This document shows, one piece after another, positions 29,607-38,801 of a stretch of DNA of 64,000 nucleotides. How positions within the stretch are numbered: position 1 is the first letter of the stretch; each line of letters starts with the position of its first letter. Source of the DNA: Candidatus Omnitrophota bacterium (GTDB lineage: Bacteria; Omnitrophota; Omnitrophia; Omnitrophales; Aquincolibacteriaceae). Below the pieces are notes generated by a model, which ran no database searches, had not been told where the DNA came from, and saw only the letters and a list, made by a program, of their open reading frames with translations. The position numbers and the translations under genes are program-made. Where the stretch lies: NCBI GenBank assembly GCA_903856085.1, contig CAIOAT010000012.1, positions 39,020 through 103,019 on the forward strand, written 5' to 3'.

Positions 29607-30137
29607 ATGGCGCAAGAGCGAAAGAACGCAGTAACTTTTAAAGGTGGACCGCTGACATTGATCGGTCCCGAAATCAAGGTGGGAGACAAAGCTCCGGATT
29701 TTAAGCTTATCGACACGGGCTTGAAGCCTATCACTTTAGCGGATTCCAAGGGGAAAACCCGTTTGATCAGTGTCGTGCCTTCGATCGATACGCCGGTTTG
29801 TGATCTTCAAACGAAGCGCTTCAATCAGGAAGCCTCGAAGCTCCCGGCGAATGTGGCCGTTATCACGGTCAGTATGGACCTTCCGTTTGCTCAAGGCCGA
29901 TGGTGCGGTCTTGCGGGAGCCGACAAAGTTCAGATGCTTTCTGATTACCAGGACCACGCGTTTGGACAGGCGTATGGAGTGCTTATCAAGGAACTCAAGC
30001 TTCTCTCCCGCGCTGTTTTTGTAATCGGGCCGGATGACAAGGTACAGTATGTCGAATACGTCAAAGAGGTTACCGAGCATCCGGATTACGACAAGGCACT
30101 GCAATCCCTCAAACCGAAGTCCTGCTGCTGTGGGTAA
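29607..30137 (+). CDS. tpx: thiol peroxidase (atypical 2-Cys Tpx) with an unusual C-terminal CCCG tail
   Basis: Tpx N-terminus VTFKGGPLTLIGPEIKVGDKAPDF. Peroxidatic Cys motif PSIDTPVC. Ends in an extra ...SLKPKSCCCG. Confidence 0.85.
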   Translation: MAQERKNAVTFKGGPLTLIGPEIKVGDKAPDFKLIDTGLKPITLADSKGKTRLISVVPSIDTPVCDLQTKRFNQEASKLPANVAVITVSMDLPFAQGRWCGLAGADKVQMLSDYQDHAFGQAYGVLIKELKLLSRAVFVIGPDDKVQYVEYVKEVTEHPDYDKALQSLKPKSCCCG

Positions 30138-30138
30138 G

Positions 30139-30561
30139 ATGATTCGGACTCCGGGTCACGGACCATGTACCACGTGGCCCGTGGCGCGTGGGGCATGGCG
30201 CATCGGTTTTTTTTGTGTGCTGGGCATTGCCCTGGTCTTGTTTTATTTTTCTCCGCTTTGCAGGGCAGATATTCCGGGCATGAAAACACTTTCCGCTCAT
30301 GTGGCGAAGGTCGCCGCGGATGGAGCCAGCCTTGATGTGGATTTTCGCCATCCTGCGACAAAGGACATCCACCGCCTTACCTTTTACGTTGATAATCAAA
30401 CGGGTCTGAGTGGTTTTGATAAGCTTCAGGAACTGCGTGCCGGACAGGTTGTGAGCATCGATTACGTGGAAGGTGAAAAACACCGTCTTCTTATACGCCA
30501 TATCGCGCGTGTTAAACTTTCCGGTCCTCCTGCGGGGCTTGAGAACTTCCGTGGCCTCTAG
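30139..30561 (+). CDS. hypothetical secreted protein
   Basis: ORF follows the tpx stop. Hydrophobic N-terminal region. No family recognised; start uncertain. Confidence 0.35.
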   Translation: MIRTPGHGPCTTWPVARGAWRIGFFCVLGIALVLFYFSPLCRADIPGMKTLSAHVAKVAADGASLDVDFRHPATKDIHRLTFYVDNQTGLSGFDKLQELRAGQVVSIDYVEGEKHRLLIRHIARVKLSGPPAGLENFRGL

Positions 30562-31378
30562 TAGTAAACGCGTCCTAGCAGTTTTCTTTATTCTTCTAGC
30601 CTTCTATTTCACCCTCCCTTTGCTTTATGCGAATGACAATGAGGGATCCGATGATCCCATGTCCGTGCGGGATACGACAGGCGAAAATCTTTCTGAAAAG
30701 ACCGATGCGGAACTTATCGGTATGGAACGGGAACTCAAGACGAGGCTCGGCATGGAACCCGGCAACGTGGACCTTTATTACCGGCTCTCGACGGTCTATG
30801 CCACTCTTTTTGACCGGACGCGCAAACAAAAAGGAAATCAGTCCCTGGAGTGGCTCATGAAAAGCCGGGACGCGCTTGACAAGGTTTTGATGATCCGGCC
30901 TGAGGACAAGGTCGCGCATTACAATCTCGGGGTGGTCTATAAACGGCTCGGACAGATGGAGCGTTCTCGCGAAGAGCTCAAGAAAGCGATACGCCTTTGT
31001 GATCCGAAACAGGATGCGTATCTCTTGTCTGCTTCCTGGATCCAGATCGGGTCGGTTTATGAGGAGCAGGGGTTTTTCGATGAGGCCAAAGAGGCCTATC
31101 TCCAGGCGCGTGAGTTCGACTACGGAAATCAGGATATTCAGGAAGCGCTTCGCGATGTGGACGAAAAGCGCAAAGCTCCGGAAAAAGGAGGCGGTTCCTC
31201 GTTCGGGATGCCGTCGATGGGAAGTTCCCTTTCCACCAACCCACAGACCGCGGCGGCGATGGGGCAGGATCCCAATGCGCAAGATCAGGGCGGGATTGCG
31301 CAGGCGCTTCCCGCGTTGGGGCAAATGCTTATGCAGAAATTCAGCGGTGGCGGGGAGGATACGAGTGGAAAAAATTAG
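30473..31378 (+). CDS. TPR-repeat protein with Gly/Ser/Met/Gln-rich C-terminal tail
   Basis: TPR-like helices (AHYNLGVVYKRLGQ...). Start uncertain: the only in-frame ATG overlaps the upstream ORF by 89 nt. Confidence 0.55.
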   Translation: MKNTVFLYAISRVLNFPVLLRGLRTSVASSSKRVLAVFFILLAFYFTLPLLYANDNEGSDDPMSVRDTTGENLSEKTDAELIGMERELKTRLGMEPGNVDLYYRLSTVYATLFDRTRKQKGNQSLEWLMKSRDALDKVLMIRPEDKVAHYNLGVVYKRLGQMERSREELKKAIRLCDPKQDAYLLSASWIQIGSVYEEQGFFDEAKEAYLQAREFDYGNQDIQEALRDVDEKRKAPEKGGGSSFGMPSMGSSLSTNPQTAAAMGQDPNAQDQGGIAQALPALGQMLMQKFSGGGEDTSGKN

Positions 31379-32087
31379 TAAGATCCCCGCGGGTACAAAG
31401 GCAATCCTTCTTGACGCAGGAGGAACACTTTTTCGTCCATTTCCTTCCGTCGGACATTATTACAGCCAAGTGGCCGCCAAACATGGCTGCAAAGTGGGCG
31501 TCAAAGAAGTCGAGGCTGCGTTCCGCCGCGTGTGGAGCGAGCATGACGGGATCGGGGATCTCAGGGGCCAATCGAATGAAAAGGTCGAGAAAGAATTTTG
31601 GCGTAAGATCGTCATGGCGGTCTTCAAGGATTTTAAAGGACTCAAAGCGTTCGATCCTTTTTTTGATGAGCTCCATACCCTTTTTGCCGAACCCGGCGTT
31701 TGGAAGCTTTATCCTGAGGTTGAAGAAGTGCTCCGGGCGCTCAAGGAAAAAAAGTTTATTATCGGGATGGTGTCCAATTGGGACAGCCGGCTTTTGAAAT
31801 TATGCAAGGGTCTTGGGATCGACCGGTATTTCGATTTCAAAGTTATCTCGGCGGTTTTCGGTGTGGCCAAGCCAGACCCCAAAATTTTTAGAGAAGCTTT
31901 AACGCAAGCGAATGTTCACGCGGACGATGCGGTGCATATCGGCGACAGCCTGGAGGACGATGTTCGTGGCGCGCATCTGGCCGGCATCAAGGCCCTCTGG
32001 CTTGATCGTTCAAACCGGCATGGGACCTTGACCCAGGATCATCAGGATTTCGTGACCGTGATCCGCGATCTGAGAGAACTTATCTAG
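31365..32087 (+). CDS. HAD-superfamily hydrolase (subfamily IA)
   Basis: GTG start lies 6 nt after GGGGAGGA. Motif I LLDAGGTLF and motif IV IGDSLEDDV present. Confidence 0.65.
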   Translation: MEKISKIPAGTKAILLDAGGTLFRPFPSVGHYYSQVAAKHGCKVGVKEVEAAFRRVWSEHDGIGDLRGQSNEKVEKEFWRKIVMAVFKDFKGLKAFDPFFDELHTLFAEPGVWKLYPEVEEVLRALKEKKFIIGMVSNWDSRLLKLCKGLGIDRYFDFKVISAVFGVAKPDPKIFREALTQANVHADDAVHIGDSLEDDVRGAHLAGIKALWLDRSNRHGTLTQDHQDFVTVIRDLRELI

Positions 32088-32112
32088 ACCCTAGCCGCAA
32101 GGAAAGGCGCAA

Positions 32113-33012
32113 ATGAAGAAGATCCTAGCGATGCTTACGATAGCCAGTTTTCTCTTTTCCGGCAATGCTGTGTATGGTGCCGGAACCGAGAAGGAAGTTT
32201 TTTTGAAGGGAGTGGCCGATGCTCAGCAGGGAAACTACCGCGTGGCCATCAAGGAATTCAGCAATGCTATTAAAATCAAACCTGATTTTGCGGAAGCGTA
32301 CCATAACCGGGGTCTTGTTTATTATCTGAAAGGGCAGGGAGACAAGGCGCTCGCGGATTTCAATAAAGCTTTGGAAATAAAGCCCGGGCTTGCGGAAACT
32401 TATTTTTACAGGGCAAGTCTCTTCGATTCCAAGAACGATCTGACGCGAGCTCTTGCGGACTATTCAAGAGTTATCGAAATAAAACCGGATTTTGCACCAG
32501 CCTACTCTGGCCGCGGCATTATTTATTCTAAAAAGAGCGATTTTGATCGCGCCCTTTCTGATTTTAATAAAGCCCTTCAGCTCCAGCCGGCCTCTGGCAG
32601 AGATTATTATTTACGGGGGAAAGTTTATTTATCCCAAAAGGTTTTTGATAAAGCGATTGCCGACTACGATCAAGCGATCCAGAGGGATCCTAAAGATGTC
32701 AGCGCCTATTGTGACCGGGGATGGGCCTATCAGGAGACGGGGGATTTTAAGCAAGCTCTCGCCGATGATACGAAGGCTCTTTCACTGGACCCGAAGTACA
32801 GCTGGGCTTATTATGACCGGGCGTTGGGTTTATTTAGAACAGGAAAATATGAAGCTGCGCTTTCTGATTACAAAAGGGCCGTGAAATTGAATTCGAAGGG
32901 CGCGCGGGATGCGTATCAAGAGTTCGTGAAACATGAGGACTCCCCCAAAAATCCAAAGGCCAAAGAGGTCGCCCAAGCCATTCAAGATCTATTGAAATCC
33001 CATCGTGGTTGA
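32113..33012 (+). CDS. secreted TPR-repeat protein (about 7 TPR units)
   Basis: Signal peptide present. Repeated AxxYxxRGxxY TPR signatures. Confidence 0.8.
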   Translation: MKKILAMLTIASFLFSGNAVYGAGTEKEVFLKGVADAQQGNYRVAIKEFSNAIKIKPDFAEAYHNRGLVYYLKGQGDKALADFNKALEIKPGLAETYFYRASLFDSKNDLTRALADYSRVIEIKPDFAPAYSGRGIIYSKKSDFDRALSDFNKALQLQPASGRDYYLRGKVYLSQKVFDKAIADYDQAIQRDPKDVSAYCDRGWAYQETGDFKQALADDTKALSLDPKYSWAYYDRALGLFRTGKYEAALSDYKRAVKLNSKGARDAYQEFVKHEDSPKNPKAKEVAQAIQDLLKSHRG

Positions 33013-33655
33013 TAAGGATAAATTTAAAGGACTTATGGCAGAGCCTAAAAATATTCTCGTGTTGGACGTTGAAACGCAGAAATCATTTAAGGAGATCGGG
33101 AAATCAAAGGCGATGAGCCTTTCGAAACTAAAGGTCTCAGTGGTTTGCACCTACGATTATCTTACGGATCAGTATGCGTCCTACGAAGAAAAAGATATGG
33201 TGAGATTCGAGCAGAGACTCCAGACCGCGGATCTTCTTATCGGGTTCAATATCCGGCGTTTCGACATGGCAGTGCTGCAACCGTATCTTTTTAAAACGGT
33301 CGACCAATTTCCTGTTCTCGATTTGCTGGATGATATCGAAAAGGCACGCGGACACCGGGTGAGTCTTGACAGTGTGGCGCGCGCAACGGTCAAGGAAGGG
33401 AAGTCCGGCGATGGGGCCGAAGCGCTCGTTCTTTTTAAAGAAGGTCGGATGGAGGAACTCAAGAAGTATTGTCTGGATGATGTGCGTCTGACGAAGAATG
33501 TTTACGAGTATGGCTGTCGCGAAGGGAAGATCCATTTTACTTCGACCTGGGATTTCAAAACCTACGAGATTCCGGTGAATTGGAAACAGGCGACCGGAGA
33601 ATTTCTGCAGAAAAAAAGTACGCCGAAAACTGATTTCCCAACGAGTTTGTTTTAA
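33005..33655 (+). CDS. DEDD-type 3'-5' exonuclease domain protein (RNase H-like fold)
   Basis: Exo I LVLDVETQ. Exo II GFNIRRFD. Exo III YCLDDV. GTG start overlaps the upstream stop; an ATG at 33035 is an alternative. Confidence 0.55.
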   Translation: MVDKDKFKGLMAEPKNILVLDVETQKSFKEIGKSKAMSLSKLKVSVVCTYDYLTDQYASYEEKDMVRFEQRLQTADLLIGFNIRRFDMAVLQPYLFKTVDQFPVLDLLDDIEKARGHRVSLDSVARATVKEGKSGDGAEALVLFKEGRMEELKKYCLDDVRLTKNVYEYGCREGKIHFTSTWDFKTYEIPVNWKQATGEFLQKKSTPKTDFPTSLF

Positions 33656-33758
33656 TAAATTGTGCACGGGCCATGATCTATGGGTGGCGTGGCACGCGGG
33701 GCGTAGGGTTCTCTGTAGCGTTGAGCGTTTCACTCTAACCATCTAGGACTTAGAGATA

Positions 33759-34967
33759 ATGATCGAGCTTAGTCAGTCCCCCTTCATTTTTGTGAGTGTT
33801 TTTTTTCTCGGTCTTGGCTTGAACCTTACGCCGTGTATCTATCCCATGCTTTCCATTACGATCTCTCTTTTCAGGGGATCAGCGCATGAATCCCGCGGCC
33901 ATGCGTTCGTGAAGGCACTCGCCTATGTGCTCGGTATGGTGACTATGTACAGTGTTCTGGGACTCGCTGCGGCTATGACCGGGAGTTTTTTCGGCGAATG
34001 GCTCCAGAATTTTTGGGTGCAGCTGGCGACGGGGATTCTGGTCATAGGTCTCGCATTCAGCATGCTCGGACTTTATCAGTTTCGTTTGCCCTCGTGGCTT
34101 ATGCCTTCCCGTCAGGGAGTGGCCCAAGGCACCTTGCTTAGTTTTTTTATCTCAGGGCTTTTGGTGGGGATTATTGCAGCGCCGTGTATGGGGCCCGCAG
34201 TGCTGGCACTTCTCGCTTTTGTGAGCGTGCAGCAAAACAGGCTCTTTGGTTTTTCGCTCTTCTTTGTCATGGCGCTCGGTCTCGGACTTCCTTATCTTGT
34301 GTTGGGGACTTTTTCCGGGCTTCTTGCAAAACTGCCCAAGGCGGGTGCGTGGCTCGTCTGGTTCGAACGGTTGATGGGCGTGGTGCTTCTGACGTTCGGG
34401 GTTTTTTATGTCGCGATCGCCTTCCAATGGCCATTTCTGAAGTGGATCGTGCCGGCAGCGTTTGTGGCAGGAGGTCTTTATCTCGGGTGGATCGAGAAAT
34501 CAGCGCGGCTTTCGAAGAATTTTTTTGCCTTTCAATGGATCTTAGGATCTCTCGCCGTTGCGATCGGTCTCTTCATTTTTTTTACACCCAAGAGCGGAGT
34601 CGTGTGGGAAAAATATCACGCGGGTATTCTTGAGGAGGCCCGGTCAGCGGGGCAGCCGGTGATTCTTGATTTTTACGCGGATTGGTGCATCCCGTGCCAT
34701 GAGTTGGACCAGTTCACGTATTCGGATCCTCGGGTTATTAAAACTCTGGGACGTTTCCGAAGAATCAAGGTGGATGCCACTTCCTTGGATACGGATGAGA
34801 TCCGCGAGGCGATACGCCGGTTTGATGTGTTCGGTGTCCCAACAATAGTTTTCCTGGACGAAAAGGGTGCGGAGGTCCAGGCGCTGCGTATGAACGGTTA
34901 TGTCGAGCCTGCGGAGTTTACGGATGATATCCGTTCTTCCAGACTGGAAAAGTATATTGGCGATTAA
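33759..34967 (+). CDS. dsbD: thiol:disulfide interchange protein DsbD-type (CcdA-like TM core fused to a C-terminal thioredoxin domain)
   Basis: TM Cys motif TPCIYPML and a second PCMGP motif. C-terminal WCIPCH thioredoxin motif. Confidence 0.8.
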   Translation: MIELSQSPFIFVSVFFLGLGLNLTPCIYPMLSITISLFRGSAHESRGHAFVKALAYVLGMVTMYSVLGLAAAMTGSFFGEWLQNFWVQLATGILVIGLAFSMLGLYQFRLPSWLMPSRQGVAQGTLLSFFISGLLVGIIAAPCMGPAVLALLAFVSVQQNRLFGFSLFFVMALGLGLPYLVLGTFSGLLAKLPKAGAWLVWFERLMGVVLLTFGVFYVAIAFQWPFLKWIVPAAFVAGGLYLGWIEKSARLSKNFFAFQWILGSLAVAIGLFIFFTPKSGVVWEKYHAGILEEARSAGQPVILDFYADWCIPCHELDQFTYSDPRVIKTLGRFRRIKVDATSLDTDEIREAIRRFDVFGVPTIVFLDEKGAEVQALRMNGYVEPAEFTDDIRSSRLEKYIGD

Positions 34968-35054
34968 TTCGTACGCCGCGCTTCGCACGCAATCTTGACA
35001 AAGGCGGGGAGAGCTTCTATCCTTGTCTGAGATTTTTTTCTAAACGGTTGACAA

Positions 35055-35104
35055 GGGTTGCCCCAATTTCAGAAAATCTGAAATTGATAGGAATTGAGAC
35101 TAAG
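35055..35104 (+). promoter_or_regulatory. conserved 5'-leader element family 1, copy 2
   Basis: GGGTTGCCCC then hairpin CAATTTCAG-AAAAT-CTGAAATTG, then ATAGGAATTGAGACTAAG. 45 nt before the ATG at 35149. Confidence 0.6.
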
Positions 35105-35148
35105 ATACTGTAATTCATGTTCGCGAAACCCCAGAGAAATTGTTCAAA

Positions 35149-36249
35149 ATGAAAATTCTCCAGCGTTATGTTCTAAAAGAACTGCTTTTGCCATGTCTTC
35201 TTTGTTTTACGGTCCTGTGCTTCATCTTTATGGCCGCAAATTTAGTCAAGATGGCCGACATGATCATCGGGCGCGGCGTACCGTTCGTTCAGACCCTTTA
35301 TATCCTCGCACTCGTGTTGCCTACTGCGGTCAGCTGGGCCGCACCGATGAGCCTTCTGACGGGGGTGCTGATCGTGTTTGGAAGCTTTTCCCAACACAAT
35401 GAATTCCGGGCGATGAAGGCCTCCGGAGTGCATCCTCTGAAATTCATGATGCCTCCGCTACTCTTAGGGCTTGCACTTAGCATGTTGATGTTCGTTTTTA
35501 ATGATCAGGTCGGTCCCGCAGCCCGTTTTGAATTTCGCAAGGCTACCAAGAAAATGATTATGAAACATCCGATGGCGCTGATCGAGCCGGGCCGCTTCGT
35601 GAAGATCAGTGCGAACATCCTTTTTTTGGCGAAACGAGTCGAAGGCAACGAAATGAAGGATATCGTGGCGCATGAAGGTGTGGATTCGGAAAATCCTGTG
35701 AGGACGATCGTTGCAGAAAGTGGCCAGATCCTGATGGACCCCAACACCGGACAGCTCGAGGTTCAGCTTTTCAACGGGAGTATTTCGGAATCGCAGGATA
35801 AGGGGATCCAGTCGGTGCAGTTTAAGACCTACAAGTTTCCGACCATGGATGAAGACGATATCCGCAATATGGGCAAAAAGAAAAAGGATATGACCCTAGC
35901 CGAGCTTCTCGTGGAAATTACAGAATTTTTGACAGACCTTTCGAGCAAGGCGGATCAAAAGGACCTTCGCGGGCTTTGGGTCACTTTTCATCAGAGGATC
36001 GCTTTCTCATTCGCGTCACTTGTGTTCATGTTCATCGGAATTCCGATCGCGGTGATCGTTAAACGAGGGGAAGTAGTGGTCAGTTTCGGAATCTCGATGG
36101 CGGCCATGGGGATTTATTATATTCTTTTCGCGATAGCCCAGACTCTCGCGTCACGCGGCGGTCTGCCGCTCATAATCAGTCTTTGGCTTCCGAACATCAT
36201 TTTGATCGGAGCCGGGATGGTCCTTCTCCGGAAAGCCATTCTTTCCTAG
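35149..36249 (+). CDS. LptF/LptG-family LPS export permease (YjgP/YjgQ)
   Basis: MKILQRYVLKELLLP N-terminus. Six TM helices with a periplasmic beta-jellyroll insert. Confidence 0.8.
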   Translation: MKILQRYVLKELLLPCLLCFTVLCFIFMAANLVKMADMIIGRGVPFVQTLYILALVLPTAVSWAAPMSLLTGVLIVFGSFSQHNEFRAMKASGVHPLKFMMPPLLLGLALSMLMFVFNDQVGPAARFEFRKATKKMIMKHPMALIEPGRFVKISANILFLAKRVEGNEMKDIVAHEGVDSENPVRTIVAESGQILMDPNTGQLEVQLFNGSISESQDKGIQSVQFKTYKFPTMDEDDIRNMGKKKKDMTLAELLVEITEFLTDLSSKADQKDLRGLWVTFHQRIAFSFASLVFMFIGIPIAVIVKRGEVVVSFGISMAAMGIYYILFAIAQTLASRGGLPLIISLWLPNIILIGAGMVLLRKAILS

Positions 36250-36402
36250 CGCCGCCGGCTATTTTTTTACAGATTTAACGGTGCAATTTTGATTCCTAAT
36301 CCTTTTAAATCAGTAGGGAATCAGGGGAGTCCTACGAGCCCTAAGAATCCATAGCTGCTTAGCGCGAGTACGTCGTCAGGATTTAAATCAGGTGACACGG
36401 TG

Positions 36403-37215
36403 CTAGCATTTTATTTTCACATAATCCTCAACCCGAGTCTTCCAGCCCTTCAGCCGTTTGGAGCAATCTTTTTCGGGAGGGGCGTTCTTGACCCTGTTTT
36501 CAAGGACCTTTTTTGCTGCCCGCACGAATTCTTTCAAGGAGTCCTCTTTTTTTTTGGGGATGCGCATTTCTTCCAGAACCTGAAGCAGCCCCCAGCCTTG
36601 TCCTTGCGATCTTTCGGTTTCCAGAATGCCTTCCCCTTTAAAATTTACATAATCGATCAGGGCGAACATCCCCTTAGGATCATCCGCGATCTCCTTGAAT
36701 TTCAGTTCGATCTCAGAGCGTTTTTCCTCAGGGATCGCTGTCAGCATCCGGGGAAGGATCCCCTTGACCCTGCGGATAATGAATTGAGTTTGGAACCCCT
36801 GGGTTTTTCCCAGGAAATTCTTGAGAGCAGCCATGCGGTCGCTTGAGAGGTCGCTTAAGAATTCTTCGCGGCTCTGCCACGGGGCTTCTCGCGTCGGTAG
36901 GACTTTGATCCACGCGGGGATTTCCGTTTTTTGAGCCTCCAGAAAGGAGAGAAATTCCGGGAACAGGGCTTGGTAAGGGCCTTTTGTTCCTTTGGGATAC
37001 CAGAGAAAATGCCCAAGTCCGAACGAGGGAAAAGCCTCATCGGCATTCCAGGTGACCATTCGTTCTACGCGACCCGAGCATTCATTGAAAAAGATCATTT
37101 TTTGAAGGCAACCCAATTCATCCGCAGTCATCGGAGCCTCTTGAGATCGGGCCCAGAGGGAGGTGGTCGCGGAAAGGGCCCATAAGCAAAAAAACCCCAT
37201 TACGAATGGTTTCAT
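36403..37215 (-). CDS. secreted hypothetical protein
   Basis: Signal peptide present. No confident family assignment. Confidence 0.5.
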   Translation of the reverse strand: MKPFVMGFFCLWALSATTSLWARSQEAPMTADELGCLQKMIFFNECSGRVERMVTWNADEAFPSFGLGHFLWYPKGTKGPYQALFPEFLSFLEAQKTEIPAWIKVLPTREAPWQSREEFLSDLSSDRMAALKNFLGKTQGFQTQFIIRRVKGILPRMLTAIPEEKRSEIELKFKEIADDPKGMFALIDYVNFKGEGILETERSQGQGWGLLQVLEEMRIPKKKEDSLKEFVRAAKKVLENRVKNAPPEKDCSKRLKGWKTRVEDYVKIKC

Positions 37216-37321
37216 GATCTCCCCGGCATCAGTCTTTTAAGAAAAAACGGAAATATTTTTGATCGCCTGAAGGATTTTAACTTTGGGGTCTTCGAAATAC
37301 AATCGAAGAATCAAAAAAAGG

Positions 37322-38314
37322 TCAGATCTTCAGAAGACGGCAAAGATCCGCGGGGGTTTTGATAAAAAAATCAGGTTTGACGGACTCGAGCTCTTTGGTA
37401 GCCTGGAAGGGGTTGGCGGCGAGCATGGGAAAAGCGACGGAACGGATGGCGAGGGAGGATTTCGCGCGGTTCGCGGCGAGAACATCGTCGGGGAGATCGC
37501 CGACGTAGAGAAACTTCTTTTTGGCGCCGAGAGCTTGCGCGGTCCTAAGAATTGAAAAAGGATGGGGTTTGCGAAGGGATTCCTTTTTCTCCCGCTCTTC
37601 TTTTTTGACATCATCCATGGTTGTCATGGCATCAAAAAGGTCGGCGATACCGAAATGTTTGAGTGCGTGGGAAGCTTCATAAAGGGGGCGGCCAGTTGCG
37701 ATTCCGAGTTTCAGGCCGTGGCTTTTGAGCTTTTCCAGAATCGGGCGTTTGAAAACAAGTTTTTCTCGGTGGATGAGGCCGCGTTTTTTCCAATAGCGCA
37801 TTCTGTTCATGGTCACACGCGGAAAAATGTCTTTGCCGAGGTAGACTTCCTGGAAAATACGGGCCACTTTTTCGATGGTCACGGTTGTGGGGCGGCCGAA
37901 AAGTGCGGTAATGCCGGATACCCTGAGGGGTCTTTGTTTAACGCTTTTGGCGAATTTTTCGATCGCGACTGACTTTTTTAGCGCTTCGAGGGTCCTGTTT
38001 TTGACTGGAAGCGACAGGAGGTACACGAGCAGGCCGTAACAGCAGTCCCAATCGTCATTGAGTCCGCCCAAAAGCTTGAATTGGTCCACGTCTTCGGGGG
38101 TGAGAAGGCTCGGGAATTTTCCTCCGGTCGAGCGGCTGAAGAAAGGAATGGGGCCGTGCGTCAGATAGAGCTCTACGGTGTTACGAATGGCCTCCAGATA
38201 CGACAGACGGGTATCTACAAGGACATTGTCGATGTCAAAAATGATGGCGTCCGCTTGAACTTTTTCAACCAGGGGGTGTTGGACGGGCAGTCTCGAAGGA
38301 ACTTTCTGTTTCAT
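37322..38314 (-). CDS. HAD-superfamily hydrolase
   Basis: Motif I IIFDIDNVLVDT. Motif IV YVGDLPDDV. Confidence 0.6.
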   Translation of the reverse strand: MKQKVPSRLPVQHPLVEKVQADAIIFDIDNVLVDTRLSYLEAIRNTVELYLTHGPIPFFSRSTGGKFPSLLTPEDVDQFKLLGGLNDDWDCCYGLLVYLLSLPVKNRTLEALKKSVAIEKFAKSVKQRPLRVSGITALFGRPTTVTIEKVARIFQEVYLGKDIFPRVTMNRMRYWKKRGLIHREKLVFKRPILEKLKSHGLKLGIATGRPLYEASHALKHFGIADLFDAMTTMDDVKKEEREKKESLRKPHPFSILRTAQALGAKKKFLYVGDLPDDVLAANRAKSSLAIRSVAFPMLAANPFQATKELESVKPDFFIKTPADLCRLLKI

Positions 38315-38525
38315 GCGTTCAGTTTACGCCTTGAAGGGGGTCCTGTAAAGAATGATTTGGGTTCCTTTTTTGGGCCGCAACCGCACTTGTGTGTTCGCGC
38401 GAAGCTGTGCTAATATACCCGCCCTCGTATCCGGCTGCGGGCAGGAAAGCCCTGCGCTCTGTACGGTTCGGGGCGCCCTCATTCAGATTGATTTTTCAGC
38501 GTTGCTTCTTTTTTGAGATTATCAT

Positions 38526-38599
38526 GCCGGGGTAGCTCAGTTGGCTAGAGCGAGGGACTCATAAGCCCTAGGTCGCCAGTTCAATCCTGGCCCCCGGCA
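38526..38599 (+). tRNA. tRNA with anticodon CAT; probably tRNA-Ile2 (lysidine-modified) rather than tRNA-Met
   Basis: Cloverleaf: acceptor GCCGGGG/CCCCGGC, D-arm GCTCAGTTGGCTAGAGC, anticodon loop CTCATAA, T-arm GCCAG-TTCAATC-CTGGC. G1-C72 pair argues against an initiator. Lies directly upstream of tilS. Confidence 0.8.
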
Positions 38600-38801
38600 T
38601 TGACTCGCATCATTTTGACGGAATGAAAAGCAGTCAGGTCTGTCCTTGTTTTTGATAATATTTTCATAAGAACAAGTCCGACAGCATTTCTGTTCTGGCG
38701 TGCGGCCCGGGCTTTTACGAAACGATACAAGGCTGTTAGTACCGCACTCATTCTTTTGTTTGTTCTGATGCGTATGCCGTAAATTTTACCCTTCCTCGGA
38801 T

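Noticed and set aside
30999-32087. Long 362-aa ORF suggesting a large protein
   Set aside because: Its first ~120 codons overlap the TPR gene in another frame and have Arg-rich, non-protein-like composition. The HAD homology begins at the GTG at 31365 with a good RBS, so only 31365-32087 is called.
35050-35056. The TTGACA at the start of family 1 copy 2 as its promoter -35
   Set aside because: The other three copies have no matching hexamer at that position. Copy 1 has a separate promoter about 60 nt upstream, so the element is more likely within the transcript.
38526-38599. Calling the tRNA(CAT) an initiator tRNA-fMet
   Set aside because: It has a Watson-Crick G1-C72 pair instead of the C1xA72 mismatch of bacterial initiators. 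Its position next to tilS favours tRNA-Ile2.
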